This document shows, one piece after another, positions 55,623-64,000 of a stretch of 64,000 nt of DNA (its first letter is position 1; every line of letters begins with the position of its first letter). This DNA comes from an uncultured Syntrophales bacterium. Lineage in GTDB: Bacteria > Desulfobacterota > Desulfomonilia > Desulfomonilales > Desulfomonilaceae. The notes under the pieces are model-generated. The model saw only the letters and a program-made list of their open reading frames with translations, was not told the DNA's origin and made no database searches. The stretch is from positions 112,131-176,130 of the forward strand of contig CAYLRL010000001.1 in the NCBI GenBank assembly GCA_964385875.1, in the 5' to 3' direction. The translations under genes were made by a program, and so were the position numbers.

Positions 55623-57107
55623 ATGGCGTACAGCCTGGCGCTGATCATCATTCTCGGACTTGCCGCGGACTATGTGTTCCGTCGGATGAAACTGCCCGGC
55701 CTCGTGGGCATGCTTCTGGCCGGGGTGGTCGTAGGGCCGTATGCGCTCGACCTGATGCGGCCCGAGATGATGGACGTTTCCGCTGACTTCCGCCGTATCG
55801 CGCTCATCGTGATTCTGCTGCGAGCGGGGTTCGAGCTTCACCGGGATACGCTCAATCGGGTGGGGCGGCCGGCGCTCATCATGAGCGCGGTCCCCGCGAT
55901 CTTCGAGATCGTCGCGGTGGTGGCGATCGCGCCGAGATTGCTCGACATGACTTACCTCGACGCCGCGGTGCTCGGCTCGATTCTGGCCGCGGTGTCGCCG
56001 GCGGTGGTCGTTCCGCTCATGATCGATTTCATGGATCGCGGCCGCGGGACCAAGAAAGGCATACCCACGCTCATCCTCGGCGCGTCCTCGGTGGACGACG
56101 TCTTCGTCATCGTCCTTTTCACGATCTTCCTCGGGATGTACGGCGGGGGCGATGTGAATATCGCCGCGAAGCTCGCCGAGATTCCCGTCTCGATCGTCCT
56201 GGGGATTGTTGTCGGGCTCATTCCCGGATACGTGCTCCTGAAGCTCTTTGAACGCTTCGACTGGAAGCCGCCCAAACGAACCCTGCTGGTTGTGGCGGTC
56301 GCAATCCTCCTCACATGGCTCGAACATGCGACCAAGGATTACGTGGCGGTTGCGAGCCTTCTCGGGGTCATGGCGATCGGGTTCATCATCCTCGAACGCG
56401 CGGAGCCCATCGCTCATCTGATCTCGCAAAAGCTGAAAAAGGTGTGGGTCTTCGCAGAGTTGCTCCTCTTCGTGCTGGTCGGCGCGCAGGTGAACATCCA
56501 TGTGGCGTGGAAGGCCGGTCTCGCGGGATTGGCGATCATCGGCTTCGGGCTGATCTTCCGCAGTATCGGGACTTACCTTTCGCTGCTGGGAACCCCGCTC
56601 AACCGCAACGAACGTCTCTTCTGCGTGATCGCGTACGTGCCGAAAGCGACCGTACAGGCAGCCATCGGAGCAGTCCCCCTCGCGGCCGGGGTGGCCGCCG
56701 GCGAGGTCATCCTCGCAATCGCGGTGCTCTCGATTCTCGTCACTGCGCCGCTTGGCGCGATCGGCGTCACCTTCTTCGGCGAACGCATCCTCGACCGTGA
56801 AGAGAAGCCGTCCCACCGATTCCGAGACCTCCGGGAAAAGCTGGACCTTCCCCGCGTGGGCGAACGTGTCCGCAACAAGCGCCACGGAACCGTCTGGAAG
56901 ATCATCGAGGAAAGGGAAGTCTGGATCGCCCCGACACAAGCCGGCGCGCCGGGAACCTCCGGCGACGGCCTCATCCCCGCCATCTCCATCCGCTACTGGA
57001 AAGACGACCCCAACACCGCTCGAGGAACCGGCGCCACCCGCTTCTACCGCTACAGCGCAGTCGACCCGTCTTTTCACGATCATTGGGAAGTGCTGTATGA
57101 TTGGTGA
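55623..57107 (+). CDS. Cation:proton antiporter (CPA1/CPA2-type Na+/H+ exchanger) with a ~100-aa soluble C-terminal extension
   Basis: MAYSLALIIILGLAADYVFRRMKLPGLVGMLLAGVVVGP is a typical N-terminus. About 12 TM segments follow. G+C is backbone-like (65% in line 56701). Confidence 0.85.
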   Translation: MAYSLALIIILGLAADYVFRRMKLPGLVGMLLAGVVVGPYALDLMRPEMMDVSADFRRIALIVILLRAGFELHRDTLNRVGRPALIMSAVPAIFEIVAVVAIAPRLLDMTYLDAAVLGSILAAVSPAVVVPLMIDFMDRGRGTKKGIPTLILGASSVDDVFVIVLFTIFLGMYGGGDVNIAAKLAEIPVSIVLGIVVGLIPGYVLLKLFERFDWKPPKRTLLVVAVAILLTWLEHATKDYVAVASLLGVMAIGFIILERAEPIAHLISQKLKKVWVFAELLLFVLVGAQVNIHVAWKAGLAGLAIIGFGLIFRSIGTYLSLLGTPLNRNERLFCVIAYVPKATVQAAIGAVPLAAGVAAGEVILAIAVLSILVTAPLGAIGVTFFGERILDREEKPSHRFRDLREKLDLPRVGERVRNKRHGTVWKIIEEREVWIAPTQAGAPGTSGDGLIPAISIRYWKDDPNTARGTGATRFYRYSAVDPSFHDHWEVLYDW

Positions 57108-57121
57108 ACGGAGGCGCAAGG

Positions 57122-57151
57122 TTGACTGCGCCTTCGCGTGCGCCGTAATAT
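57122..57151 (+). promoter_or_regulatory. Promoter candidate for ptuA-like gene (TTGACT-18 nt-TAATAT)
   Basis: It lies immediately after the antiporter stop and overlaps a GGCGCA-N8-TGCGCC hairpin (57113-57132). Confidence 0.35.
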
Positions 57152-57229
57152 GCATCCAGTCGATCGCGGCTGAAAGTGAAGCACAAGCCGATCGGCGAAA
57201 CGCGGTCCCGTCCGCTAAAGGGGTTCCAA

Positions 57230-58489
57230 ATGCGTGTGAGAAGTCTCACGATGGAGAATTTCAGAGGAATTCAGGAGATGACTCTCGACTTTGGTGAGTC
57301 CCCCAGAATAGTGCTCATCGGTGAGAACGGGACCGGTAAGTCGAGCATCCTTGATTGTCTGGCAATTCTTTTGTCTCGGTTTTTGGTGCGTGTCCGAAAA
57401 GGCGCAGGTCGCGAGTTTACGAAGTACGACGTACGAGTGGGTAGCGGTTTCACGCGGGCCGCCATAAAGGTGAAGGTCCTGGGGGAAGATCTCGAGTGGA
57501 CGGTGGGCAAACGCAAGTCCGGAGGCGGTAAACAAACAATAAGCAACCTCAGCCAAATCAAGGAAAAGGCTTCCCGGATAATCGAACGTATGGAAGAAAC
57601 ATCTGGATTCGCCCTGCCCGTTGCGGTGTACTACAGCGTCAATCGGGCGGTCCTCGATATACCCCTGAGAATACGGAAGAAGCATGCCTTCGATCAACCA
57701 GCTGCGTACGACACGGCGCTTTCGGGCGCCCGAAATAACTTCCGGCTTTTTTTTGAGTGGTTCCGGAACAGAGAGGATTTGGAAAACGAGGAGCGAAGCG
57801 TTCGACGGGACTTGGACTACGTCGACCATCAACTCGAAGCCGCCCGAACGGCCATCGCAGGCATGATGGGAGAGGGATACTCGGGCCTCCGGGTGCGGCG
57901 CGCTCCGTTGCGGATGGTGATTCGCAAGGAAGGTCTCGAACTAAGGGTCAATGAGCTGTCCGACGGCGAAAAATGCCTCCTGGCGCTTATCGGAGATTTG
58001 GCGCGGCGTTTGGCTATAGCCAATCCGCTTTCATCAAGGCCCTTGGAAGGGTCGGGCGTAGCACTGATCGATGAGGTGGAGCTCCACCTCCACCCTGCGT
58101 GGCAACGAGATGTCGTGCGCAGACTGCCGGAGATCTTCCCCAATTGTCAATTCTTCATGACCACGCATTCGCCGCAGGCGCTTAGTCAGGCGCACCAAGA
58201 GGAAATCGTCCTTCTTCTCCACAGCGATGAAGGTATACAGGCGTCCATGCCCGGCGGTCGCTCGTTCGGACGCGACTCGAATCGCATTCTGCAGGAAGTA
58301 ATGGGTGTCGCGGAGAGGCCTCCGGACGTGAAAGAGGAGTTGGAGAGGCTGTTCCGATACCTCGCGGCGGGAAAAACGGAACAGGCCGAACAACTTCGAT
58401 CGAACCTGGAAGATCGGTTGGGCGAGGATGACACCATGCTTGTGAGAGCGGATGTCTTCAAAAAGAGGCGGGAGGTCCTTGGGAAGTGA
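57230..58489 (+). CDS. ptuA: Septu-type PtuA-like ABC/AAA_15-21 family ATPase
   Basis: The N-terminus is MRVRSLTMENFRGI. The ATPase motifs are Walker A (GENGTGKSS), an ABC-signature-like LSDGEK, Walker B (ALIDEVELHLHP) and an H-loop (TTHSP). It is followed by an overlapping HNH gene. Confidence 0.72.
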   Translation: MRVRSLTMENFRGIQEMTLDFGESPRIVLIGENGTGKSSILDCLAILLSRFLVRVRKGAGREFTKYDVRVGSGFTRAAIKVKVLGEDLEWTVGKRKSGGGKQTISNLSQIKEKASRIIERMEETSGFALPVAVYYSVNRAVLDIPLRIRKKHAFDQPAAYDTALSGARNNFRLFFEWFRNREDLENEERSVRRDLDYVDHQLEAARTAIAGMMGEGYSGLRVRRAPLRMVIRKEGLELRVNELSDGEKCLLALIGDLARRLAIANPLSSRPLEGSGVALIDEVELHLHPAWQRDVVRRLPEIFPNCQFFMTTHSPQALSQAHQEEIVLLLHSDEGIQASMPGGRSFGRDSNRILQEVMGVAERPPDVKEELERLFRYLAAGKTEQAEQLRSNLEDRLGEDDTMLVRADVFKKRREVLGK

Positions 58490-59169
58490 AGTATATCCGC
58501 AAGAGGAGATCGCCCGGAGAGCTCAACGACTGGAAGAACGCAAACCGAACACCGATCACATTAGGGGAGATGGTGTGGGAAGACTTGGACACCGCAGCCA
58601 AGGAGTCAACGCGGAGCAGTCTCCTCCTGGAGCAAGGCTGCCTATGTTGTTATTGCGGCGCGAGAGTCAAACCGCAAAGCGGCCACGTCGAACACATTAA
58701 GTCGCAAAGTCGTTTTCCCGACGAGCGGTTCAACTATAAGAATCTACTGTTCTCGTGCGACGGCGGGCAACGTAACGCGCGGACGGTCTCCGGCCGAAGA
58801 CCCGGGCCTCGGCACTGCGGCCCTCGTAAGGCGGATACATTTCGCGAACGAATGGTTACTCCGCTCGAGCGCATCTGTGAAGACTGTTTTATCTATACCG
58901 CGGACGGACAAATCCTGCCGAATGATCGCTCGGCTCGGTCCGCCGACGCCCAAATGACGATCGAAATACTCGGTCTGGATGAGGCAAGAGTCAAGAACGC
59001 CAGGCAGGCGGCGATCGCTCAAGTCATAGAAGACGAACACGGCCGAGTTATCCGGCTTTCCGACGATGAGATTGAGCGGCTCGCCCGGGCTTTTGAACAA
59101 CCCGACGAAGACGGTAGATTCCAGCCTTACTGTTTCCCGATAGTTCAAGTCCTCAAGAGCATAGTCTGA
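58486..59169 (+). CDS. ptuB: Septu-type PtuB-like HNH nuclease (TIGR02646-like)
   Basis: A GTGA start/stop overlap joins it to ptuA. CCYCGARVKPQSGHVEHIKSQSRFP...YKNLLFSC is an HNH-type motif as in the TIGR02646 family. Confidence 0.72.
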   Translation: MKYIRKRRSPGELNDWKNANRTPITLGEMVWEDLDTAAKESTRSSLLLEQGCLCCYCGARVKPQSGHVEHIKSQSRFPDERFNYKNLLFSCDGGQRNARTVSGRRPGPRHCGPRKADTFRERMVTPLERICEDCFIYTADGQILPNDRSARSADAQMTIEILGLDEARVKNARQAAIAQVIEDEHGRVIRLSDDEIERLARAFEQPDEDGRFQPYCFPIVQVLKSIV

Positions 59170-59262
59170 AAACGCCCAAGACTCGCAATGAGTATCACTT
59201 GAACATCTACTCCGCACCGGCTACCATAATCGGTCGTGAATTCATTGGAAGGAGCGACCGTC

Positions 59263-59553
59263 ATGAAGTGTCCGGTATGCGGAGACGTCACCCTGGCTAT
59301 CTCGGAACGGCAGGGGATTGAAATTGATTATTGCCCGGAGTGTCGAGGCGTTTGGCTCGATCGCGGCGAATTGGACAAGATCATCGAGCGGAGCGGCGCG
59401 GAGCAGGAGCCGCCTCGGGAGGCCCGGCGAGAGCCGCCTCGGGAGCGGCGCGACGAGTATGAGCGTCGCAAGGACGACGACTACTACAAGGACAAGTATC
59501 ACTACAAAAAGAAGAAAAAGAGCTTCCTCTCCGAGATTTTCGATTTCGACTGA
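59263..59553 (+). CDS. TFIIB-type zinc-ribbon protein with highly charged tail
   Basis: ATG 59263 follows GGAAGGAG. The sequence MKCPVCGDVTLAISERQGIEIDYCPECRGVWLDRGELDKI is followed by an R/E/K/D/Y-rich tail. Confidence 0.7.
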   Translation: MKCPVCGDVTLAISERQGIEIDYCPECRGVWLDRGELDKIIERSGAEQEPPREARREPPRERRDEYERRKDDDYYKDKYHYKKKKKSFLSEIFDFD

Positions 59554-59632
59554 GAACCGATCGATGGGAGACGGGAGAGACGGTGGGGAGACGGAACCGC
59601 CCGCGGTTCGAGCGGTTCCGGGATAAGTCGTT

Positions 59633-60226
59633 TTAGGCTGACGCCAAGGCTCGGCCTTCTTGGAAGGCCTGAAGGTTGATGTCGACGAGCTTGGGCGGGA
59701 GGTTCTCCTTGAGCATGGTTTCGTACACGTCCGCGGGGATATCCAGGTAGGTGGAGAGCAGGCCCAGGAAGATCACGTTGAGCGTCCGGGGATTGCCCAC
59801 CTTCTTCGCGGCCGCGGTTCCGTCGACAACGAGCGCGCTTGGGACCTTCTCCTTGATCTTGTCGAGGATGCCGGCGGGGTAATCCTGTTGGCCGGTGAAG
59901 ACGGCCGGCGGCAGGATCTTGTGATCGTTGACGATCACCTTGCCGTCGGAGGCCAGAAGCGGGAAGTAGCGGACCGTTTCCATTTGTTCGAAGGAGACGA
60001 GCACATCCGCCTCACCCATCTTTATGATCGGCGAACTCACCGTCTTGCCGAAGCGGACGTGGCTCGACACCGAGCCGCCCCGCTGAGCCATTCCGTGGAT
60101 CTCGTTTTTCTTCACGTCGTATCCGTGGCGAGCCGCCACCTTGCCGAGGACGTCGCTGGCGAGGATGATCCCTTGACCCCCGACGCCGACGATAAGCACA
60201 TTCCACACATCCTTGCCGTTGTTCAT
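59633..60226 (-). CDS. iorB: Indolepyruvate:ferredoxin oxidoreductase beta subunit
   Basis: It carries VLIVGVGGQGIILASDVLG...EIHGMAQRGGSV and overlaps the iorA stop. Confidence 0.85.
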   Translation of the reverse strand: MNNGKDVWNVLIVGVGGQGIILASDVLGKVAARHGYDVKKNEIHGMAQRGGSVSSHVRFGKTVSSPIIKMGEADVLVSFEQMETVRYFPLLASDGKVIVNDHKILPPAVFTGQQDYPAGILDKIKEKVPSALVVDGTAAAKKVGNPRTLNVIFLGLLSTYLDIPADVYETMLKENLPPKLVDINLQAFQEGRALASA

Positions 60227-62007
60227 GACGCCTCCTTGATCGCATCGAACTTGCAGACCTCGAAGCAGGTCCGGCAGCCCACACAGAGCGCTTCGTTGAT
60301 TTTCGAGTAGCCTTTGCGCTTCTCACCCTCGGGGCGGGGTTCCTCGAATTTCACGAATTCGAGAGCCGGACACCCGGTATTGATACAGGCCTTGCAACCC
60401 TTACAGACATCCGCGTCGATGGTGAGCGACGTGTCCGGAAGGATACGGTCGGTCTTGAGCAGCGCGCACGGGGCTACAGCGATGATGAGGGACGGCTCCT
60501 GAGCTTCCAATTCCTCTTTGACCACCTTTTCCAGATCTCGAACCTCGTACGGATTGGCGTTCCGAATGCGCTTGAATCCGAACGACTCCGCCAGCTTCTC
60601 GATGTCCACCTCGATCGTGGGTTCGTGCCGGAGCGTGAACCCGGTTCCGGGATGCGGCTGCGCGCCGGTCATGGCCGTGGTGCGGTTGTCCATGATGACC
60701 ACGGTGGTGTGTCCGCCGTTGTATGCGAGGTCCAAGAGCGAGGTCATACCGGAATGGAAAAAGGTGGAGTCGCCGATAACCGCGACCGCCTTGCCTTCGG
60801 CCAGATCGCCGAGGGCTCGGGACAGTCCCGAAGCGATGCCGATGCCCGCGCCCATACAGAGGCAGTTGTCGAGCATGCCCAGGGGCGGCAGCGCGCCGAG
60901 GGTGTAGCACCCGATGTCGCCGGCCACGTAGACCTTATTCTTTTTGAGCGCGGAGAAGGTGGCTCGATGCGGACACCCCGGGCACATATTGGGCGGCCTC
61001 ATGGGAAGTTCCAGATCGATCGGGCCGATGGACTTCGCGGACGATTTGCCCTTGACCGCCTCCTCGACCCGTTCGGGCGAGAGCTCGCCGCAGAGTCCGG
61101 TAAGCTCCTTGCCTTCGCACTGAACGCCCATCAACCGCACGGTCTCCTCGATGATGGGATCGAGGTCCTCGATGATGATCAGCCGGTCCACTTTCGAGGC
61201 AAAGTCTTTGATGAGCTTTTCGGGCAGCGGCCAGACCATGCCGAGCTTCAGGAACGACGCTTCGGGCAAGGCCTCTTTGGCGTACGCGTACGCGACACCG
61301 GCCGAAATGATCCCAAGCGACGGATCGCCCATCTCGATCTTGTTGAGCGCAAAGGACTCGCCGAACTCCGAAAGGTCCTTCAGCCGTTGTTCCACGATTG
61401 GATGTCGCCGACGCGCGAAGCCCGGCAGCATCACGTGCTTGGGCGGGTCTTTCTTGAGTCCGAGTTCAACCGGTCCGAGCTTCCGTTGCCCGAGTTCGAC
61501 GAGGGACATGGAATGGGATATTCGGGTCGAGCTGCGGAGAATGACCGGGGTGTCGAATTGCTCGCTGATTTTGAATGCTTCGCCCATGAAGTCGAGACAT
61601 TCCTGACTGTCCGAAGGCTCCAGGCACGGGACTTTTCCGAATTTGGCGTAGTTGCGGGTGTCCTGCTCGTTCTGGGACGAGTGCATGTCCGGATCGTCGC
61701 AGACCACGAGGACCAAACCGCCCTGAACGCCGGTATACGAAAGCGTCATAAAGGGGTCGGCGGCTACGTTGAGTCCCACGTGCTTCATAATCGCCAGCGA
61801 CCGTGCGCCGCCATATGACCCGCCCGAGGCAACTTCGAGCGCGACCTTTTCGTTCGGGGCCCAACCGGCCTTAATTTCCGGGTACCGCTCCCCTACATAC
61901 TGGAGAATCTCCGTGCTGGGAGTGCCCGGATACGCCGACGCCAGGATGACCCCATGTTCGTAGGCCCCACGAGCTATAGCTTCGTTTCCTGACAACAATT
62001 CTTTCAC
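60223..62007 (-). CDS. iorA: Indolepyruvate:ferredoxin oxidoreductase alpha subunit (TPP, two 4Fe-4S motifs)
   Basis: The N-terminus is MKELLSGNEAIARGAYEHGVILASAYPGTPSTEI. A TPP-binding region (GDSTFFHSG) is present. The C-terminal Fe-S motifs are CKGCKACINTGCP and CVGCRTCFEVC. Confidence 0.9.
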   Translation of the reverse strand: MKELLSGNEAIARGAYEHGVILASAYPGTPSTEILQYVGERYPEIKAGWAPNEKVALEVASGGSYGGARSLAIMKHVGLNVAADPFMTLSYTGVQGGLVLVVCDDPDMHSSQNEQDTRNYAKFGKVPCLEPSDSQECLDFMGEAFKISEQFDTPVILRSSTRISHSMSLVELGQRKLGPVELGLKKDPPKHVMLPGFARRRHPIVEQRLKDLSEFGESFALNKIEMGDPSLGIISAGVAYAYAKEALPEASFLKLGMVWPLPEKLIKDFASKVDRLIIIEDLDPIIEETVRLMGVQCEGKELTGLCGELSPERVEEAVKGKSSAKSIGPIDLELPMRPPNMCPGCPHRATFSALKKNKVYVAGDIGCYTLGALPPLGMLDNCLCMGAGIGIASGLSRALGDLAEGKAVAVIGDSTFFHSGMTSLLDLAYNGGHTTVVIMDNRTTAMTGAQPHPGTGFTLRHEPTIEVDIEKLAESFGFKRIRNANPYEVRDLEKVVKEELEAQEPSLIIAVAPCALLKTDRILPDTSLTIDADVCKGCKACINTGCPALEFVKFEEPRPEGEKRKGYSKINEALCVGCRTCFEVCKFDAIKEAS

Positions 62008-62468
62008 GGCTGTCTCACCTTTCTAGTTTACCGGCGTTGCCGGTTGATTGACGATAATCGGCGACGGATATTCCATGCCTTGATGCGCCGTACGAGCTAT
62101 TTTTTCTTTTCGAACAGCTGGGATTTCGGTATCCACGGAAATCCATGGATGAGGTAAAACGGTCACTTTTTATCCTAGACGGGGTTGAAAAGTGTGTCAA
62201 GAACTTCAGGAAATGGGCGCTTGTGTAATCGGGGCGCCATGACTTAACAAGGATATTTTATTAATGATACACTAGAAGAAAGGGGCGGCGGGCCTGGAAG
62301 ATTGTTCAGGATAATGAACTCAGCACGGCGTTCGCCGGCCGAACCGGCGGCCGGCATGTCAAGGGGTCCCGCCGAATTATGCTTTTAAGGATTGCTTTTT
62401 TGCTTGTAACATGCTAAATTAACGCATTATTTCTACAAAATCCCAGGGCATCTCCTAAAAAGGTTCGT

Positions 62469-63557
62469 ATGACCGGATATCGCTCCGTCACGCAGGCTAT
62501 GGCTCTGCTGCTGTCTCTTCTGATCGTGGGAATCGCCTCGGACTCCGCGCGGGCCGATTTTTCCGCTACATGGATCGAACGGTGGCTTGCGGAAAAGGTC
62601 TTCCGCATGGGCTCATCCAAACCCGCCGGCAGCGCCAAAGCCATGCTTGCCGCCAACGCCGCGTTTCCCAGAATGACCAAGATCGTGCCCGGCGCGTATG
62701 GAGGCGGTCGAGATGCGGCGGACCACCCAGCCGAGGACCGTTTCCCGGATACTCCCGATGCGTCCGCGGACGCGTTTCTCCGCGAAGTGACCGCCGAACC
62801 TCCGGCGTTGGAAACCGCGGGAGATTGGGCCGCGCATGTTGTCCCGCTTATGCACGGAGCGGCCGTCCTTCCCGACGGCCCGTTCGATTTCGAGCGTGAG
62901 ACCGATCTTTCGGATCGCGTCTGCATGGCCGATCCGAGAGTCCTGGATGCGTTTACCGAGCCGACCGAGCTTCTGTGGGAAATGGGACGGTTTCCGGTCG
63001 GGGTGGAAGGCAGATTTCACGATATTGAAATCCAAGTCAGTCATTCTCGCCATGAATTCAAGCTCTTCGGAACGTCCTTCTTCGGAAAACGCGAGGTCCT
63101 CTACGAATGCCGCGTCGGTCTGGGCTCCCGCTCGTTTCCCACACCGGTCGGCGTGTACTTCGTTACCCACATCTACGACGACGATCCCTGGTGGATACCG
63201 CCGCAGAACCGCGCGTGGGCCTGGGGGCAATCCCCGAGCAAACGGGTGTACGGCGGCACCATGGCGCCCCTCCTGAAGAAACGCCTCGTCCGCTCCAGGA
63301 ACAACAACCGCGACGTCGAAGAATTGATCGAACGCAAAGTGAGGTTGGACGATTACGGGTACCGCTTCCACGGCACCAACGCGCCGCGAAGCATCGGTCG
63401 GAATCAGTCCCACGGATGCGTCCGAATGCTGCCCAAAGACGCGGCCAAGGTCGCCAAGCTGATCAAGGAGTACGTGGGCGGCGTCGGCCGAAGTGAATCC
63501 GAAAACGGCGAGTTCGTGCTTCTGAGCCGTCCCGTGCGTTTGAATCTCATCCGTTAG
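62469..63557 (+). CDS. L,D-transpeptidase (YkuD domain)
   Basis: It has a signal peptide. YRFHGTNAPRSIGRNQSHGCVRM contains the catalytic His/Cys motif. Confidence 0.85.
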   Translation: MTGYRSVTQAMALLLSLLIVGIASDSARADFSATWIERWLAEKVFRMGSSKPAGSAKAMLAANAAFPRMTKIVPGAYGGGRDAADHPAEDRFPDTPDASADAFLREVTAEPPALETAGDWAAHVVPLMHGAAVLPDGPFDFERETDLSDRVCMADPRVLDAFTEPTELLWEMGRFPVGVEGRFHDIEIQVSHSRHEFKLFGTSFFGKREVLYECRVGLGSRSFPTPVGVYFVTHIYDDDPWWIPPQNRAWAWGQSPSKRVYGGTMAPLLKKRLVRSRNNNRDVEELIERKVRLDDYGYRFHGTNAPRSIGRNQSHGCVRMLPKDAAKVAKLIKEYVGGVGRSESENGEFVLLSRPVRLNLIR

Positions 63558-63793
63558 CTCGTCGAGTCCTTTCCACAATCCGATCCCCCGTGACGCTCGC
63601 GTCCTCCGGACGGTTGCGGTCCGCCCCCAAATAGTGTTAAATGATGATATATATAGGCGGAGGCTATGATCGAGGGGCGAAGCGACGCGCCGGCAGCCGT
63701 ACCCTGGTCGTCCGCCTCGAATCGAAACCCGATCGATCCGGTATCGGTCGGGCCGGCCGATCACACCCTCACCGGCCCGAAGATGAGGTTCGA

Positions 63794-64000
63794 ATGAAGA
63801 ATGACGCGATCACATTAACGTCGCTGTCCAAAACCTCCGGTTGAGCCGCCAAGATTGGTCCGGGGGACCTGGACCTAGCGCTGTGCGGACTCGACATACC
63901 GATCCCTCCCGAGGCGCTGACGGGTGTCGGTGGTTCCGAGGACGCGGGTGTGTACAAATTGAACGATACGACCGCCTTGGTGCAGACGATTGATTTTTTC
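63794..64000 (+). CDS. selD: Selenide, water dikinase SelD, 5' part; selenocysteine (UGA) at codon 17; runs off the right edge
   Basis: MKNDAITLTSLSKTSG-TGA(63842-63844)-AAKIGPGDLDLALCGLDIPIPPEALTGVGGSEDAGVYKLNDTTALVQTIDFF. The frame stays open through the TGA. The TGA aligns with the catalytic Cys17 of E. coli SelD (GAGCGCK), and the K aligns with Lys20. Confidence 0.8.
63857..63869 (+). promoter_or_regulatory. Candidate bacterial SECIS-like hairpin core (GGUCC-GGG-GGACC)
   Basis: A 5-bp G/C stem with a G-rich loop starts 12 nt after the UGA. It is short, and the extended pairing could not be evaluated by eye. Confidence 0.3.

Noticed and set aside
55476-57155. 559-aa minus-strand ORF antisense to the antiporter gene
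   Set aside because: The translation is R/D/H/E-rich with no motifs, and the plus-strand frame is a textbook CPA transporter.
57108-59262. Retron (RT + msr/msd) associated with the PtuA/PtuB-like pair
   Set aside because: No reverse-transcriptase-like ORF (no YxDD-containing protein) and no long inverted-repeat ncRNA candidate are present on either side. The module appears stand-alone.
60625-61818. 397-aa plus-strand ORF antisense to iorA, and the 383-aa minus-strand ORF (62613..63764) antisense to the L,D-transpeptidase gene
   Set aside because: The sense-strand genes carry diagnostic motifs (TPP and Fe-S motifs; the SHGCVRM YkuD motif). The antisense ORFs are high-GC artefacts.
1-64000. 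CRISPR arrays, rRNA genes, IS elements, transposases, integrases and prophage genes
   Set aside because: I saw no regularly spaced direct repeats, no rRNA-like sequence, and no DDE, tyrosine or serine recombinase motifs in any credible ORF. An absence call made by eye is of limited certainty.

Overview
This is a 64-kb chromosomal segment with high G+C: hand-counted backbone lines are about 65%. The host looks like a Gram-negative, probably anaerobic bacterium. Supporting this are a complete Tol-Pal cluster, RseP, a Pal lipoprotein, IorAB, a CooC-like ATPase, radical SAM and Fe-S proteins, and a selD carrying an in-frame UGA. I can support about 55 protein-coding genes and one tRNA-Cys(GCA). 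I found no rRNA, CRISPR array, transposase or integrase. Most of the window is housekeeping: tolQRAB-pal-cpoB, an M23 peptidase, an S41 protease, PBP1A, lon, a dctPQM TRAP operon, tsaB, rseP, nadD-rsfS, apbE, PiT, iorAB and an L,D-transpeptidase. The accessory part lies at about 53.2-59.2 kb, where two lower-G+C insertions flank a host-like cation/proton antiporter gene. Insertion (i) is a tightly coupled cassette of a TIGR04255-like protein plus one or two unrecognisable proteins (53.5-55.2 kb). This is my best candidate for an undescribed conflict or defence system. Insertion (ii) is a Septu-like PtuA ATPase / PtuB HNH pair (57.2-59.2 kb). Other notable items:
- a 1265-aa response-regulator protein with a ~525-aa acidic tract and about 25 tandem 17-aa repeats;
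- an SH3-TM-TPR protein ending in a kinase domain that has lost every catalytic residue;
- a radical SAM protein with a CX4CX2C cluster motif;
- three secreted Q/Y/G/P-rich low-complexity proteins;
- several unusually long non-coding gaps with promoter-like or hairpin structures.
All family assignments come from motif recognition by eye. No database search was run.
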